The notes beneath the pieces were generated by a model that was not told where the DNA came from, searched no databases, and worked only from the letters and a program-made list of their open reading frames with translations. Below are positions 1-9,721 of a stretch of DNA of 64,000 bases, one piece after another (within the stretch, counting starts at the first letter, position 1; each line of letters starts with the position of its first letter). The DNA is from Gammaproteobacteria bacterium (GTDB taxonomy: Bacteria; Pseudomonadota; Gammaproteobacteria; JAJFKG01), in assembly GCA_965116795.1 (NCBI GenBank), contig OZ220716.1:746503-810502 (forward strand). Direction: 5' to 3'. A program made the position numbers and the translations under genes.

Positions 1-2
1 TA

Positions 3-728
3 CTGGCAACCAAAATCAGTTTCATGAATGAACTAAGTCACGTTGCTGAGCTCGTTGGTGCTGACATTGAACATGTTCGTCGTGGTATTGGTTCGGATCC
101 ACGTATTGGTTATCATTTTATTTATCCAGGCTGTGGTTACGGTGGTTCATGTTTTCCAAAAGACATTAGTGCATTACGTACTACTGCTAATCAACATAGT
201 TACAACCCTAGGTTGCTTAGCGCCGTTGAACAAGTCAATGATCAGCAAAAACAAGTCTTATTTAACAAGATTACGCAGTACTATCAACATAAATTAGCGG
301 GAAAAACATTTGCATTATGGGGATTAGCGTTTAAACCAAATACTGATGATATGCGTGATGCACCAAGTCGAGTGTTGCTCGAAGCGCTATGGCAAGCTGG
401 TGCAGTGGTACAAGCGTATGATCCAGTTGCGATGGCAGAAGTGAAACGTATCTACGATGATCGCGATGATTTAGTTTTATGTGACACTGCACAAGCAGCG
501 TTAACTAATGCAGATGCATTGATCATCGTTACCGAGTGGCGTGAGTTTTATACGCCGACATTTGCTTGGTTTACCCAGGAATTGCGTGAACCAGTTATTT
601 TTGACGGACGTAATGTGTATGACCCGAGTTTTATGGCATCACAAGGTATACAGTATTTTGCAATTGGCCGCGGTCAATCGATACAAACTAGTCAACACAT
701 TAAGCAGCCTGATCCAGATCTCGTGTAA
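3..728 (+). CDS. ugd: UDP-glucose 6-dehydrogenase (5'-truncated by window edge)
   Basis: [10 protein letters not shown] catalytic Cys motif, [12 protein letters not shown] and DGRN motifs; upstream of galU. Confidence 0.95.
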   Translation: MATKISFMNELSHVAELVGADIEHVRRGIGSDPRIGYHFIYPGCGYGGSCFPKDISALRTTANQHSYNPRLLSAVEQVNDQQKQVLFNKITQYYQHKLAGKTFALWGLAFKPNTDDMRDAPSRVLLEALWQAGAVVQAYDPVAMAEVKRIYDDRDDLVLCDTAQAALTNADALIIVTEWREFYTPTFAWFTQELREPVIFDGRNVYDPSFMASQGIQYFAIGRGQSIQTSQHIKQPDPDLV

Positions 729-769
729 TCACATCTAATAACTAATTTTAATAACAGAGGTATTATTAA

Positions 770-1720
770 ATGAAGAAAATCGGTATTCGTAAGGCAGTTT
801 TCCCAGTTGCCGGTGTTGGTACACGTTTTTTGCCAGCAACCAAAGCAACGCCCAAAGAAATGTTGCCGATTGTAGATAAGCCCCTTATTCAATATGCAGT
901 TGAAGAAGCCGTTGCTGCTGGTGTTACCGAGTTAATTTTTGTGACTAACAGCGGTAAACGTGCGATTGAAGATCATTTCGATAGCGATCCTACCTTAGAA
1001 AAATATTTACACAACGCTGGCAAAGACGATTTGTTAGCTATTGTTAACGATATTCTACCTAGTGGGATTAACTGTGTTTATATCCGTCAGTCGCAGCCAT
1101 TAGGGCTAGGCCATGCAATTTTGTGCGCGAAAAATGTTATTGGTAAAGAGCCATTTGCTGTGTTGTTGGCTGATGATCTAATCGACGGTGGCGAACGTTA
1201 TTGTTTACAAAAGATGTTAGATATTCACAAAGCAACGGGCAGTGGTGTGATTGCCACTGAACACGTTGCCAAACAACACGTTGATCAATACGGTATTATT
1301 GAATTAGATGAAGAAGAAGGCGGTTGTGCGCAAGTCAAACGCATTATTGAAAAACCTTCCCCAGATAAAACAGAATCGACATTGGCTGCAATAGGCCGTT
1401 ATATTTTAATGCCAAGCATCTTTAAGCACTTAGACAATACGGCACCGGGTGCTGGTGGTGAAATTCAATTAACTGATGCGATTGCAACGCAACTAAATGA
1501 AGATCCAATGTATGTGCATCAAATTCAAGGTGTACGTTATGATTGTGGTAGTAAATTAGGTTACTTAAAAGCAACAATCCAGTATGGTTTAAAACATCCA
1601 ATGTTAGGCAATGATTTATTACATTATTTGCAAGATATTATTAATGCTGAATCACAGCAAGATGTTTCTTCATTAATTGATGCCGTTAAACAAATACCAG
1701 AGCCAGAAGAGTTAGTTTAA
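770..1720 (+). CDS. galU: UTP--glucose-1-phosphate uridylyltransferase
   Basis: KAVFPVAGxGTRFLPATKATPKEMLP, LGLGHA, GEIQLTDA motifs; AGAGG RBS. Confidence 0.96.
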   Translation: MKKIGIRKAVFPVAGVGTRFLPATKATPKEMLPIVDKPLIQYAVEEAVAAGVTELIFVTNSGKRAIEDHFDSDPTLEKYLHNAGKDDLLAIVNDILPSGINCVYIRQSQPLGLGHAILCAKNVIGKEPFAVLLADDLIDGGERYCLQKMLDIHKATGSGVIATEHVAKQHVDQYGIIELDEEEGGCAQVKRIIEKPSPDKTESTLAAIGRYILMPSIFKHLDNTAPGAGGEIQLTDAIATQLNEDPMYVHQIQGVRYDCGSKLGYLKATIQYGLKHPMLGNDLLHYLQDIINAESQQDVSSLIDAVKQIPEPEELV

Positions 1721-1862
1721 ATAGGCTTTGTTTGTATTGTATGAAGTAATGTCCCGACTTTACTTATAGCTATACCAGATTACAGCTGCGCCAAAGCTGA
1801 TATGACACAAGCTCCTGTAACACAATATTTTTTTCCAACGTTGCATTACTGATAACCCTGCA

Positions 1863-1918
1863 TTACAATTTACTCAATGCATTGAGTAAAAATACGAAAC
1901 ATATTGAGTAATTTGTAA
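1863..1918. promoter_or_regulatory. Putative operator array upstream of the AAA-DUF4143 gene
   Basis: Perfect 22-bp palindrome TTTACTCAATGCATTGAGTAAA (1869-1890) plus a third ATTGAGTAA half-site at 1903-1911. Confidence 0.55.
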
Positions 1919-1921
1919 AAT

Positions 1922-3118
1922 ATGGTAAAACGTCAATTATATCAATTAGTTACGAAGAGACTGCAACAGAAGCGCCAGTTTATCCAAGTGTTGCTTGGGC
2001 CGCGTCAGGTAGGAAAAACTACGTTGAGCCAACAGGTGATGCGGCAATTCGCTGGTCCAACCCACTATGCCAGTGCCGATGCAGCTACTCTGCAATCATC
2101 TGCCTGGTTAGAGCAACAGTGGCTGCTTGCACGGCGCATGCAACAACAAGCATCTCATGCACAAGGCATTCTATTGATCCTTGATGAAATTCAAAAAATC
2201 ACGCAATGGTCGGAGTTAGTTAAATTTTATTGGGATGAAGATACGTTAACCAATACCAACATTAAAGTCTTATTGTTAGGTTCAACACCACTGTTATTAC
2301 AATGTGGTCTTAGTGAAAGTTTAGCAGGTCGCTTTGAAGTATTACCCATTATGCATTGGACGTTCCCGGAAATGGTACGTGCTTTTGGATACACACTTGA
2401 TGAATATATTTATTATGGTGGTTACCCAGGCGCTGCACCGTTGGTCAAAGAGCCTGAACGTTGGCAACAATACATTACTAATTCTTTGATTGAAACAACT
2501 TTGTCTCGTGATGTATTACTGATGAACCCCATTCAAAAACCGGCATTGCTAAGAAGATTGTTTCATTTAGGGTGCCATTATTCGGGACAAATCCTATCAT
2601 ACCAAAAGATGTTAGGTGAATTACATGATGCAGGCAACACTACAACATTAGCACATTATTTAAAGTTACTTACCGGATCGGGTTTGCTCGCTGGGCTAGG
2701 CAAGTTTACCGGTAAACGCGTATTAAAGCGAGCTAGTATACCTAAGCTACAAGTCATGAATACAGCACTTATGTCAGCTTTAGGAGATTACTCATTCGCA
2801 CAAGCAAAGGCAGATAATACTTATTGGGGACGTTTAGTAGAATCTTGTATTGGTGCTTATCTGATTAATGGATCGTATCAATACCATTATCAAGTTTACT
2901 ATTGGCGTGAACGTAATCATGAAGTTGATTTTGTTGTGCAGTATAAGAAGCAATGTTTAGCAATAGAAGTGAAAAGTGGGCAACAGCGAATTGCAAGTCA
3001 TGGTATGACGCAATTTGCTAAACAATATCCCGAAGCAAATTTGTTACAAGTCGGTGGTTATGATGGGATCTCAGTTGATGAGTTTCTAAATACGCCAGTG
3101 ATTGATTGGTTCAAATAG
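1922..3118 (+). CDS. AAA_14 ATPase with DUF4143 and C-terminal PD-(D/E)XK-like nuclease domain
   Basis: GPRQVGKT Walker A, LILDEIQ Walker B, SESLAGR, GGYP, and C-terminal YWR...EVDFV...IEVKSG. Confidence 0.9.
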   Translation: MVKRQLYQLVTKRLQQKRQFIQVLLGPRQVGKTTLSQQVMRQFAGPTHYASADAATLQSSAWLEQQWLLARRMQQQASHAQGILLILDEIQKITQWSELVKFYWDEDTLTNTNIKVLLLGSTPLLLQCGLSESLAGRFEVLPIMHWTFPEMVRAFGYTLDEYIYYGGYPGAAPLVKEPERWQQYITNSLIETTLSRDVLLMNPIQKPALLRRLFHLGCHYSGQILSYQKMLGELHDAGNTTTLAHYLKLLTGSGLLAGLGKFTGKRVLKRASIPKLQVMNTALMSALGDYSFAQAKADNTYWGRLVESCIGAYLINGSYQYHYQVYYWRERNHEVDFVVQYKKQCLAIEVKSGQQRIASHGMTQFAKQYPEANLLQVGGYDGISVDEFLNTPVIDWFK

Positions 3119-3195
3119 CCGTAATTTTTTAATTAACCACTTGCATTTCTAAATAAAACTGATTAAGGTCAGTCTTTATAGAAAGGAGGCGTGCC

Positions 3196-3447
3196 ATGAT
3201 TGATTCCAGCGTATTTGATGATTTAGCGCGTAAGTTAAGTGACTGCGTACCTGAATCGTTAACAACATTGCGCAGCGATTTACAAAAAAATTTCCGCAGT
3301 GTATTGGAAAGTGGTTTTGCCAAATTAGATTTAGTGACTCGCCAAGAATTTGATGCACAAGTTGGTGTGTTGCAACGTACCCGTGCGCAACTTGATGCAT
3401 TAGCAGCACGTGTTGATGCACTAGAAAAACGTATCAAACAATCCTAA
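3196..3447 (+). CDS. ubiK: Ubiquinone biosynthesis accessory factor UbiK (YqiC/BMFP)
   Basis: KLDLVTRQEFDAQVGVL.RTR coiled-coil signature; AGGAGG RBS; upstream of comM as usual. Confidence 0.9.
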   Translation: MIDSSVFDDLARKLSDCVPESLTTLRSDLQKNFRSVLESGFAKLDLVTRQEFDAQVGVLQRTRAQLDALAARVDALEKRIKQS

Positions 3448-3510
3448 TCCGTCATTTTTCCAGGCCATAACAGCAACGTAGTTTGATTTAATATAATCAA
3501 GGTGGTTATT

Positions 3511-5019
3511 GTGGCACTTGCCGTTTTATACAGTCGCAGCAGCAGTGGCGTGAATGCACCGAGTGTGAGTGTTGAAGTGCATATTGGTGCTGGGTTACCG
3601 AAATTTTCCATTGTTGGTTTGCCGGATACCGAAGTTAAAGAAAGTCGTGACAGGGTGCGCAGTGCATTGTTAACGATGGGATTTGATTTTCCCTATCGAC
3701 GGATCACGGTTAATCTAGCGCCCGCTGATTTACCCAAAGAAGGTGGACGGTTTGATTTACCAATTGCATTGGGGATCTTAGCCGCGAGTCGGCAATTATC
3801 AACAAAGACCTTAACTGACTACGAATTTGCAGGCGAATTGGCATTAACCGGTGAATTGCGTCCATTTCGTGGTGCATTAACCTTTGCTTTAAGTGCACGC
3901 GAACAGCAACGGTGTTTAATTTTTCCTGAACAAAATGCAAAGGAAGCTGCATTAGTCAGTGATGTTACCATTTATGCTGCCAAACACTTTACTGATGTAT
4001 GTCAACACTTGACTCAACAAACTTCGTTGCCAGTGCAACACCCACAACCAGTAACGTCACAAGTAACAAACATGTCGGATCTCAGTGATGTGCAAGGTCA
4101 ATTGCAAGCGCGTCGCGCTTTAGAAATTGCAGCAGCCGGTGGTCATAGTATATTGTTTGTTGGTCCACCGGGTACCGGCAAAACCATGTTAGCCAGCCGT
4201 TTACCAAGCATTTTGCCGACTATGTCGACGGATGAAGCCTTAGAAACTGCAGCTGTATTATCAATTAGCCAATGTGACGTTAATCCAACGCGATTTTACC
4301 AACGTCCATTTCGCGCACCGCATCATACAACGTCAAGTGCTGCGTTGGTGGGTGGTAGCAGTCCACCGAAGCCAGGTGAAATTTCATTGGCACACAATGG
4401 TGTATTGTTTTTAGATGAATTACCAGAATATCCACGCCGTGTGTTGGATACATTGCGTGAACCGTTAGAATCTGGTCACATCACCATTTCGCGCGCTGCA
4501 AAGCAAGCACAATTTCCCGCACGTTTTCAATTGGTTTGTGCAATGAATCCGTGTCCATGTGGTTATCATGGTGATCCGCATCGTGAATGTCGTTGTACAC
4601 GTGATCAAGTCCAGCGTTATCAATCGCGTATTTCAGGCCCCTTATTGGATCGCATCGATTTACATGTCCAGGTGCCTGCCTTACCACACAGTGCACTGTT
4701 ATTTACATCAACTGTTGCTGAGTCCAGTGAGAGTGTACGGCAACGGGTGACGCAAGCACGCGATCGTCAACAGCAACGCCAACAGCAAATTAATGCCTTG
4801 TTAGCTAGTCGACAGATTCAGCAACATTGTCAATTAACGCAAGCCGATCAAACGTTGCTAACAGATGCGATGACAACATTGCATTTATCAGCACGTGCGT
4901 ATCATCACATCTTGCGAGTAAGCCGCACCATTGCCGATTTAGCCAAGTCAGATCACATTACCCGCAAACATTTGCTCGAAGCGTTGAATTATCGTCCGCA
5001 TTTGCATGTGGAGCTGTAA
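3511..5019 (+). CDS. comM: YifB/ComM Mg-chelatase-like AAA ATPase
   Basis: VGLP...VKESRDRV, NLAPADLPKEG, GPPGTGKT, LAHNGVLFLDE, MNPCPCG; start refined to GTG 3511. Confidence 0.95.
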   Translation: MALAVLYSRSSSGVNAPSVSVEVHIGAGLPKFSIVGLPDTEVKESRDRVRSALLTMGFDFPYRRITVNLAPADLPKEGGRFDLPIALGILAASRQLSTKTLTDYEFAGELALTGELRPFRGALTFALSAREQQRCLIFPEQNAKEAALVSDVTIYAAKHFTDVCQHLTQQTSLPVQHPQPVTSQVTNMSDLSDVQGQLQARRALEIAAAGGHSILFVGPPGTGKTMLASRLPSILPTMSTDEALETAAVLSISQCDVNPTRFYQRPFRAPHHTTSSAALVGGSSPPKPGEISLAHNGVLFLDELPEYPRRVLDTLREPLESGHITISRAAKQAQFPARFQLVCAMNPCPCGYHGDPHRECRCTRDQVQRYQSRISGPLLDRIDLHVQVPALPHSALLFTSTVAESSESVRQRVTQARDRQQQRQQQINALLASRQIQQHCQLTQADQTLLTDAMTTLHLSARAYHHILRVSRTIADLAKSDHITRKHLLEALNYRPHLHVEL

Positions 5020-5042
5020 ACATACACGCGAAATACGAAGCG

Positions 5043-5171
5043 TATAGACTCAAGCAGTTGGATTATAGGCGAGGCGGCAAGCGATTTTGCCACGGGAGTG
5101 TATAGTGGCATACATGACTGTGGCAAAATCGTATAGCCAACAATGCCTACGATTCAAGTGCGCTGAGTATA
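5043..5171 (+). repeat. RPE/MITE-like palindromic element, family A (diverged copy)
   Basis: TAGGCGAGGCGGCAAG ... GGAGTGTAT-loop-ATACATGAC ... GCCAACAA, TATA-type ends; shared with five other copies. Confidence 0.85.
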
Positions 5172-5237
5172 TCTTGCGATTTGTCGCTAATCTCGCCATA
5201 CTACGCCCATTTTTACCGCACAATAGGAGATATTACT

Positions 5238-6263
5238 GTGAATAGATCTAGCATCGCTACATTAGCCGATACTATTAATATTCTTGCTGCTCCAGGTCGA
5301 GGCATTTTGGCAGCCGATGAGAGTGTAGCAACAGCAACCAAACGATTAAACAGTGTGAATGTTGAATCAACCGAAGAAAATCGACGCCGTTATCGCGAAC
5401 TATTATTTACTGCACCTGGATTAGGTGAATATATTAACGGAGTGATTTTATTTGACGAAACACTACGCCAACAGGATACCAATGGCAAAGCATTTGCTGA
5501 TGTGTTAATTCAACAACAAATCATCCCGGGGATCAAAGTGGATAAAGGGCTGATTGGATTAGATAACGCAGACGATGAAAAGGTAACTCAAGGATTAGAT
5601 GGGTTAAGTGAACGTTTGCAAGAGTATGCATCATTAGGCGCACGTTTTGCAAAATGGCGTAACGTTTATCGTATTTCTGCACATACACCTTCACGGTTAG
5701 CCATTCAAATTAATGCAGATAACTTGGCACGCTATGCTGCTATTTGTCAGAGCAATGGTGTTGTGCCGATTGTTGAGCCAGAAGTATTAATCGATGGTGA
5801 TCACAGTATTGAAATGTGTGATGAAAAAACGTCAATGGTACTGAATGCTGTGTTTAATGCATTAAAGTTACATCGAGTGAGTTTGGAACATATGGTGTTA
5901 AAACCAAGCATGATTATTTCCGGTAAAACAGCAACAGGACGTGCTGATATTGATACCGTGGCAACACAAACAGTAGCTGTGCTAAAACGTGCTGTCCCTG
6001 CAGCAGTACCAACTATTAATTTCTTATCCGGTGGTCAAACACCAGAAGAAGCAACGGCGCACTTAAATCGTATGTATCAATTAACACAAGGTACATTACC
6101 GTGGAATTTAAGTTTCTCTTATGGGCGTGCATTGCAGGAGCCTGCATTAACAGCATGGGCAGGTAATGAGGCCAATGTAACAACAGCACAACAGGCTTTA
6201 TTGAAACGTGCTAAATTAAATGCAGCGGCAAGTACCGGTAATTACAGTGAGAGTATGGAATAG
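5238..6263 (+). CDS. Fructose-bisphosphate aldolase class I
   Basis: GILAADES, GARFAKWR, VPIVEPE, LKPSM, FLSGGQ, SFSYGRALQ; GTG start after AGGAGA RBS. Confidence 0.95.
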   Translation: MNRSSIATLADTINILAAPGRGILAADESVATATKRLNSVNVESTEENRRRYRELLFTAPGLGEYINGVILFDETLRQQDTNGKAFADVLIQQQIIPGIKVDKGLIGLDNADDEKVTQGLDGLSERLQEYASLGARFAKWRNVYRISAHTPSRLAIQINADNLARYAAICQSNGVVPIVEPEVLIDGDHSIEMCDEKTSMVLNAVFNALKLHRVSLEHMVLKPSMIISGKTATGRADIDTVATQTVAVLKRAVPAAVPTINFLSGGQTPEEATAHLNRMYQLTQGTLPWNLSFSYGRALQEPALTAWAGNEANVTTAQQALLKRAKLNAAASTGNYSESME

Positions 6264-6300
6264 CTCTGTTAAGTTACTAATACTATGTTTGCTTGACAAC

Positions 6301-6331
6301 AAAAAGGCGAACATAATAGTCCGCCTTTTTT
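6301..6331. terminator. Bidirectional intrinsic terminator
   Basis: AAAAAGGCGAAC-loop-GTCCGCCTTTTTT between convergent genes. Confidence 0.8.
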
Positions 6332-6339
6332 AAGTAATG

Positions 6340-6528
6340 CTATTTACAACAATCATTTAATAAATACTTGATTGCTGCACCAGCAACGAGTGCTAGTGTA
6401 AATACTTCAAGGAATGTGATTAGCAGTACGATATCTGGATGCATCATTGGTGGCAATACCAATGCTAGAATCCCTAAGATTAATGCTGCGATTAACGTTG
6501 CGATCCCGATAATTTTTCCCATTACCAT
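6340..6528 (-). CDS. Small two-TM membrane protein, unknown function
   Basis: 62 aa with two hydrophobic segments; AGGAG RBS 7 nt before ATG; ends at the terminator. Confidence 0.7.
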   Translation of the reverse strand: MVMGKIIGIATLIAALILGILALVLPPMMHPDIVLLITFLEVFTLALVAGAAIKYLLNDCCK

Positions 6529-6680
6529 TGACAGTCTCCTTACTTTAACAGTTAGTTACTTAACGAATTGTGCCATAAATATTAACATAACTTAAGGCTG
6601 TTCTTTTTTTATTCTCTATAATCTTGTTTGTTATTGGTATCCTAGACGTTCTCAGGTAGCCACAGTATGATTAGCCGCGC

Positions 6681-6757
6681 GCGCCCGTAGCTCAGTTGGA
6701 TAGAGTGTTGGCCTCCGAAGCCAAAGGTCAGAGGTTCAAATCCTCTCGGGCGCACCA
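6681..6757 (+). tRNA. tRNA-Arg (anticodon CCG)
   Basis: GCGCCCG/CGGGCGC acceptor stem, TTGGC-CTCCGAA-GCCAA anticodon arm, GGTTCAAATCC T arm, encoded CCA. Confidence 0.97.
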
Positions 6758-6812
6758 ACCTACGCTCTTCTGGAGAAGAGCCATGAATACCAAGTTCAGT
6801 TAAGTAGGATCA

Positions 6813-7736
6813 ATGAAACAAGAATGTTTACGTATTGCCAGTCGTCGTAGTCGTCTCGCCCTGTGGCAGGCTAATGAAGTCAAACGCCAGTTGCAGCAGC
6901 ATATTGATGTCCCTATTGAAATTATCACCTTTGTTACTCAAGGCGATACGTTGTTGGATCAGCCATTGAATAAAATTGGTGGCAAAGGGTTATTTGTAAA
7001 AGAGTTAGAACAGGCACTATTAGATCATCGTGCAGATATAGCAGTGCATTCCAGTAAGGATTTACCAGCTGATTTTCCTGATGGGTTGTGTTTAGCAGCA
7101 GTGTGTCAACGCGATGATCCACGCGATGCCTTTATTAGTAATCAGTTTGCTCATATTAGTAAGTTGGATCACACTGGAGTAATCGGTACATCTAGTTTGC
7201 GTCGCCAATCCCAATTAGCTAATCAGTATCCTCAGCTAACATTTTGTAATGTGCGTGGTAATGTGGAAACGCGTTTGAAAAAATTAGATGATGGTGATGT
7301 ATCTGCTTTAGTACTAGCGGCTGCAGGATTACGCCGTTTAAGTTTAACAAAACGTATTACCCATTATTTTGAACCGGATGAGTGTTTACCAGCAGTCGGA
7401 CAAGGTACATTAGCCATTGAATGTTGCAGCGATGACATTACTGTTTTAAATTGGGTAAAACTATTGAATGATTATCCATCACAATTATGTCTTAATGCTG
7501 AACGTGCGTTTAATCATCATTTAGGTGGCAATTGTTATGTGCCTGTTGCTGGTTATGCAACGTTAACCGATAACAATACCATGCTACATATTGAAGGTTG
7601 TGTTGGTAAACCTAATGGAGATTTGGTATTGCGTCAAACAGTGAGTGGTGATGCAAAAGCTGCGGTTGAATTAGGTGTGGTGTTAGCTGAGAAATTATTA
7701 CAACAAGGGGCGCAAGCCATCATTGATGCATGTTAA
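6813..7736 (+). CDS. hemC: Hydroxymethylbilane synthase
   Basis: SRLALWQA, GGKGLFVKELE, DIAVHSSKD, GTSSLRR, RGNVETRL. Confidence 0.96.
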   Translation: MKQECLRIASRRSRLALWQANEVKRQLQQHIDVPIEIITFVTQGDTLLDQPLNKIGGKGLFVKELEQALLDHRADIAVHSSKDLPADFPDGLCLAAVCQRDDPRDAFISNQFAHISKLDHTGVIGTSSLRRQSQLANQYPQLTFCNVRGNVETRLKKLDDGDVSALVLAAAGLRRLSLTKRITHYFEPDECLPAVGQGTLAIECCSDDITVLNWVKLLNDYPSQLCLNAERAFNHHLGGNCYVPVAGYATLTDNNTMLHIEGCVGKPNGDLVLRQTVSGDAKAAVELGVVLAEKLLQQGAQAIIDAC

Positions 7737-8506
7737 CAATTGATCTGCAATCATTACGCGTGTTAATAGCACGCCCTATTCGGCAAGCACAGACATTGGC
7801 GTCAATGTTGTCTGCGTGTAATGCGAAATCGTTTGTTTATCCAGTATTATGTATTGAACAGATTGCATTTAATCAAACGGAATTTAATCATGCTGTTGCT
7901 AATAGTGACGTCATTATTTTTACTAGTTGTAATGCTGTTTGGCAAACAGCAGTAAAGTTATTGTATTATCAACGACAACAATCCTTGCCACAACTAATTG
8001 CCATTGGCCCAGCAACAGCCGATGCGATTGCCGAAGAGGGATTACCATTAGCTAACAAACCCACCTCTGAATTTTCTAGCGAGGGGTTGTTGGATATTCC
8101 CTTGTTACACTCTTGTTATGGCAAACGCATATTGATACTCAGTGGTGTTGGTGGTCGTACAGTATTAATAGATGAATTAACTGCACGCGGTGCGGTGGTA
8201 GAAAAGCTTGCCGTGTATCGACGTTGTCATGGTATAAAACCGAGCAAAGAAATGCTTGCAACTTGGCAACAACCCGGTATTGATGTTGTAATAAGCACGA
8301 GTGGTGAAGGACTGTCACAATTAGTGAAACAGATAAGTGCTGTTGGCAAGTCATACCATGACTGGTTGCTGACGCAACAATTATTAGTGATGAGCCAACG
8401 TTTAGTACCATTAGTACAACAATACGGTTTTACCTGTCAGCCATTAGTAGCAACGCAAGCAAGTGATGTCGGCTTGATTACGGCATTAGCTAATTTTTTA
8501 ACCTAA
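7730..8506 (+). CDS. hemD: Uroporphyrinogen-III synthase
   Basis: IFTSCNAV, AIGPATA, SEGLL, GGR..L, VYRR; overlaps hemC. Confidence 0.9.
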   Translation: MLTIDLQSLRVLIARPIRQAQTLASMLSACNAKSFVYPVLCIEQIAFNQTEFNHAVANSDVIIFTSCNAVWQTAVKLLYYQRQQSLPQLIAIGPATADAIAEEGLPLANKPTSEFSSEGLLDIPLLHSCYGKRILILSGVGGRTVLIDELTARGAVVEKLAVYRRCHGIKPSKEMLATWQQPGIDVVISTSGEGLSQLVKQISAVGKSYHDWLLTQQLLVMSQRLVPLVQQYGFTCQPLVATQASDVGLITALANFLT

Positions 8507-8540
8507 ATTCAGCAGTTGGATTGGACTGTTGAATTTAGGT
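8501..8540. repeat. 40-bp minimal family D element with TTA target duplication
   Basis: ACCTAAATTCAGCAGT...ACTGTTGAATTTAGGT inverted ends matching the 27038-27213 element; TTA on both flanks. Confidence 0.75.
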
Positions 8541-8566
8541 TTACAACAGAGGAAGGATACATAGCG

Positions 8567-9721
8567 ATGTCAGATGATAAAACGGATTTAACAACACCAG
8601 TTAATAATCAAAAAACATCAACTAAGAAAAATCAACCGTCACGTTTTGTTAATACATTGAGTTTATTTGTTGTCATTGCTATCGGCGCATCGGTTTTTTT
8701 ATGGCATCAAAGCATGACCCAGTATCGTAAGCTGTTATCACAACAAAAAGTGTTACAAACTACGTTGAGCAGCGCCACCAATACTATCGATAAATTACAA
8801 ACGGAGTATAACAGTACGCAAACGCAACAGCATACACAAATCAAACAGTCTGACAAGCAACAACAACAAATAAATCATTTGCGTGTGATGTTAACTCAAG
8901 GTGAACCGGTGTGGTATTTATTGCGTATTGATCATTTGATTCGCCTAGCTAATTACCAAGCATTGTTTCTGCATGATACACCTGGAACAATTGCTTTATT
9001 AAAAGCAGCAACGCAAGAATTAAAACAAGCCAATAAGCCACAATGGTTGCCATTATCAACTGCATTGCATCAAGATATTGAGGCACTGCAAGTTGCTGCT
9101 GCTGTCAATGTCAATGATGTATTAAGCCAACTAAATGCATTGGACAGTCAGTTAAGCCAATTACCACTAACAGTTGCACAATTCGGTCAAGCTAATATGA
9201 AGAAAGCACAAGCTATTGTCGTGCCAGAAACTAACACAAAAGATAGTTTATCATGGTGGAAAGAAAAATCATCCGCACTGTGGCAACAATTACGTGGGAT
9301 TTTAGTGATTCGTCACGATGATAAAGCCATTATTCCGATTATTGATGCACAGCAACAAGCTTATTTACGCCAGAACTTACACTTAATTATGTTTCAAGCA
9401 AAATGGGCAGTGATCAATCACGATAATGCACTATATCATAGCAGTCTAGATCAGTTTATTCAGTGGATTAATGACTATTTTAATACGCAAAGTGCTGTTA
9501 CTAAAATGGTATTAGTTAATATTGCTGCGCTGCAAAAAGTGACATTAACAGAAAAACTACCTGCATTAACAGCAAGTTTAGCCCAAGTGCAACGTTTATT
9601 AACAACTGTTTCTTCTGCCCCTGTTGCGAATACACCACCGGTGACAGCACCTACTAATCGGCAGCCAAAAAAGACTAAGGAATCAGCATCAATACCACAG
9701 CCTGAGGTGATTGACTCATGA
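8567..9721 (+). CDS. hemX: HemX family membrane-anchored coiled-coil protein
   Basis: N-terminal TM, coiled coil, YLRQNL motif; hemC-D-X-Y order; start refined to ATG 8567. Confidence 0.85.
   Translation: MSDDKTDLTTPVNNQKTSTKKNQPSRFVNTLSLFVVIAIGASVFLWHQSMTQYRKLLSQQKVLQTTLSSATNTIDKLQTEYNSTQTQQHTQIKQSDKQQQQINHLRVMLTQGEPVWYLLRIDHLIRLANYQALFLHDTPGTIALLKAATQELKQANKPQWLPLSTALHQDIEALQVAAAVNVNDVLSQLNALDSQLSQLPLTVAQFGQANMKKAQAIVVPETNTKDSLSWWKEKSSALWQQLRGILVIRHDDKAIIPIIDAQQQAYLRQNLHLIMFQAKWAVINHDNALYHSSLDQFIQWINDYFNTQSAVTKMVLVNIAALQKVTLTEKLPALTASLAQVQRLLTTVSSAPVANTPPVTAPTNRQPKKTKESASIPQPEVIDS

Noticed and set aside
3129-3437. Minus-strand ORFs over ubiK, and other short ORFs nested in large genes (e.g. 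19738, 22338, 29936, 38026, 45734)
   Set aside because: Antisense or alternate-frame shadows of well-supported genes
6681-6812. tRNA-anchored genomic island
   Set aside because: No integrase and no duplicated tRNA 3' end; hemC follows directly
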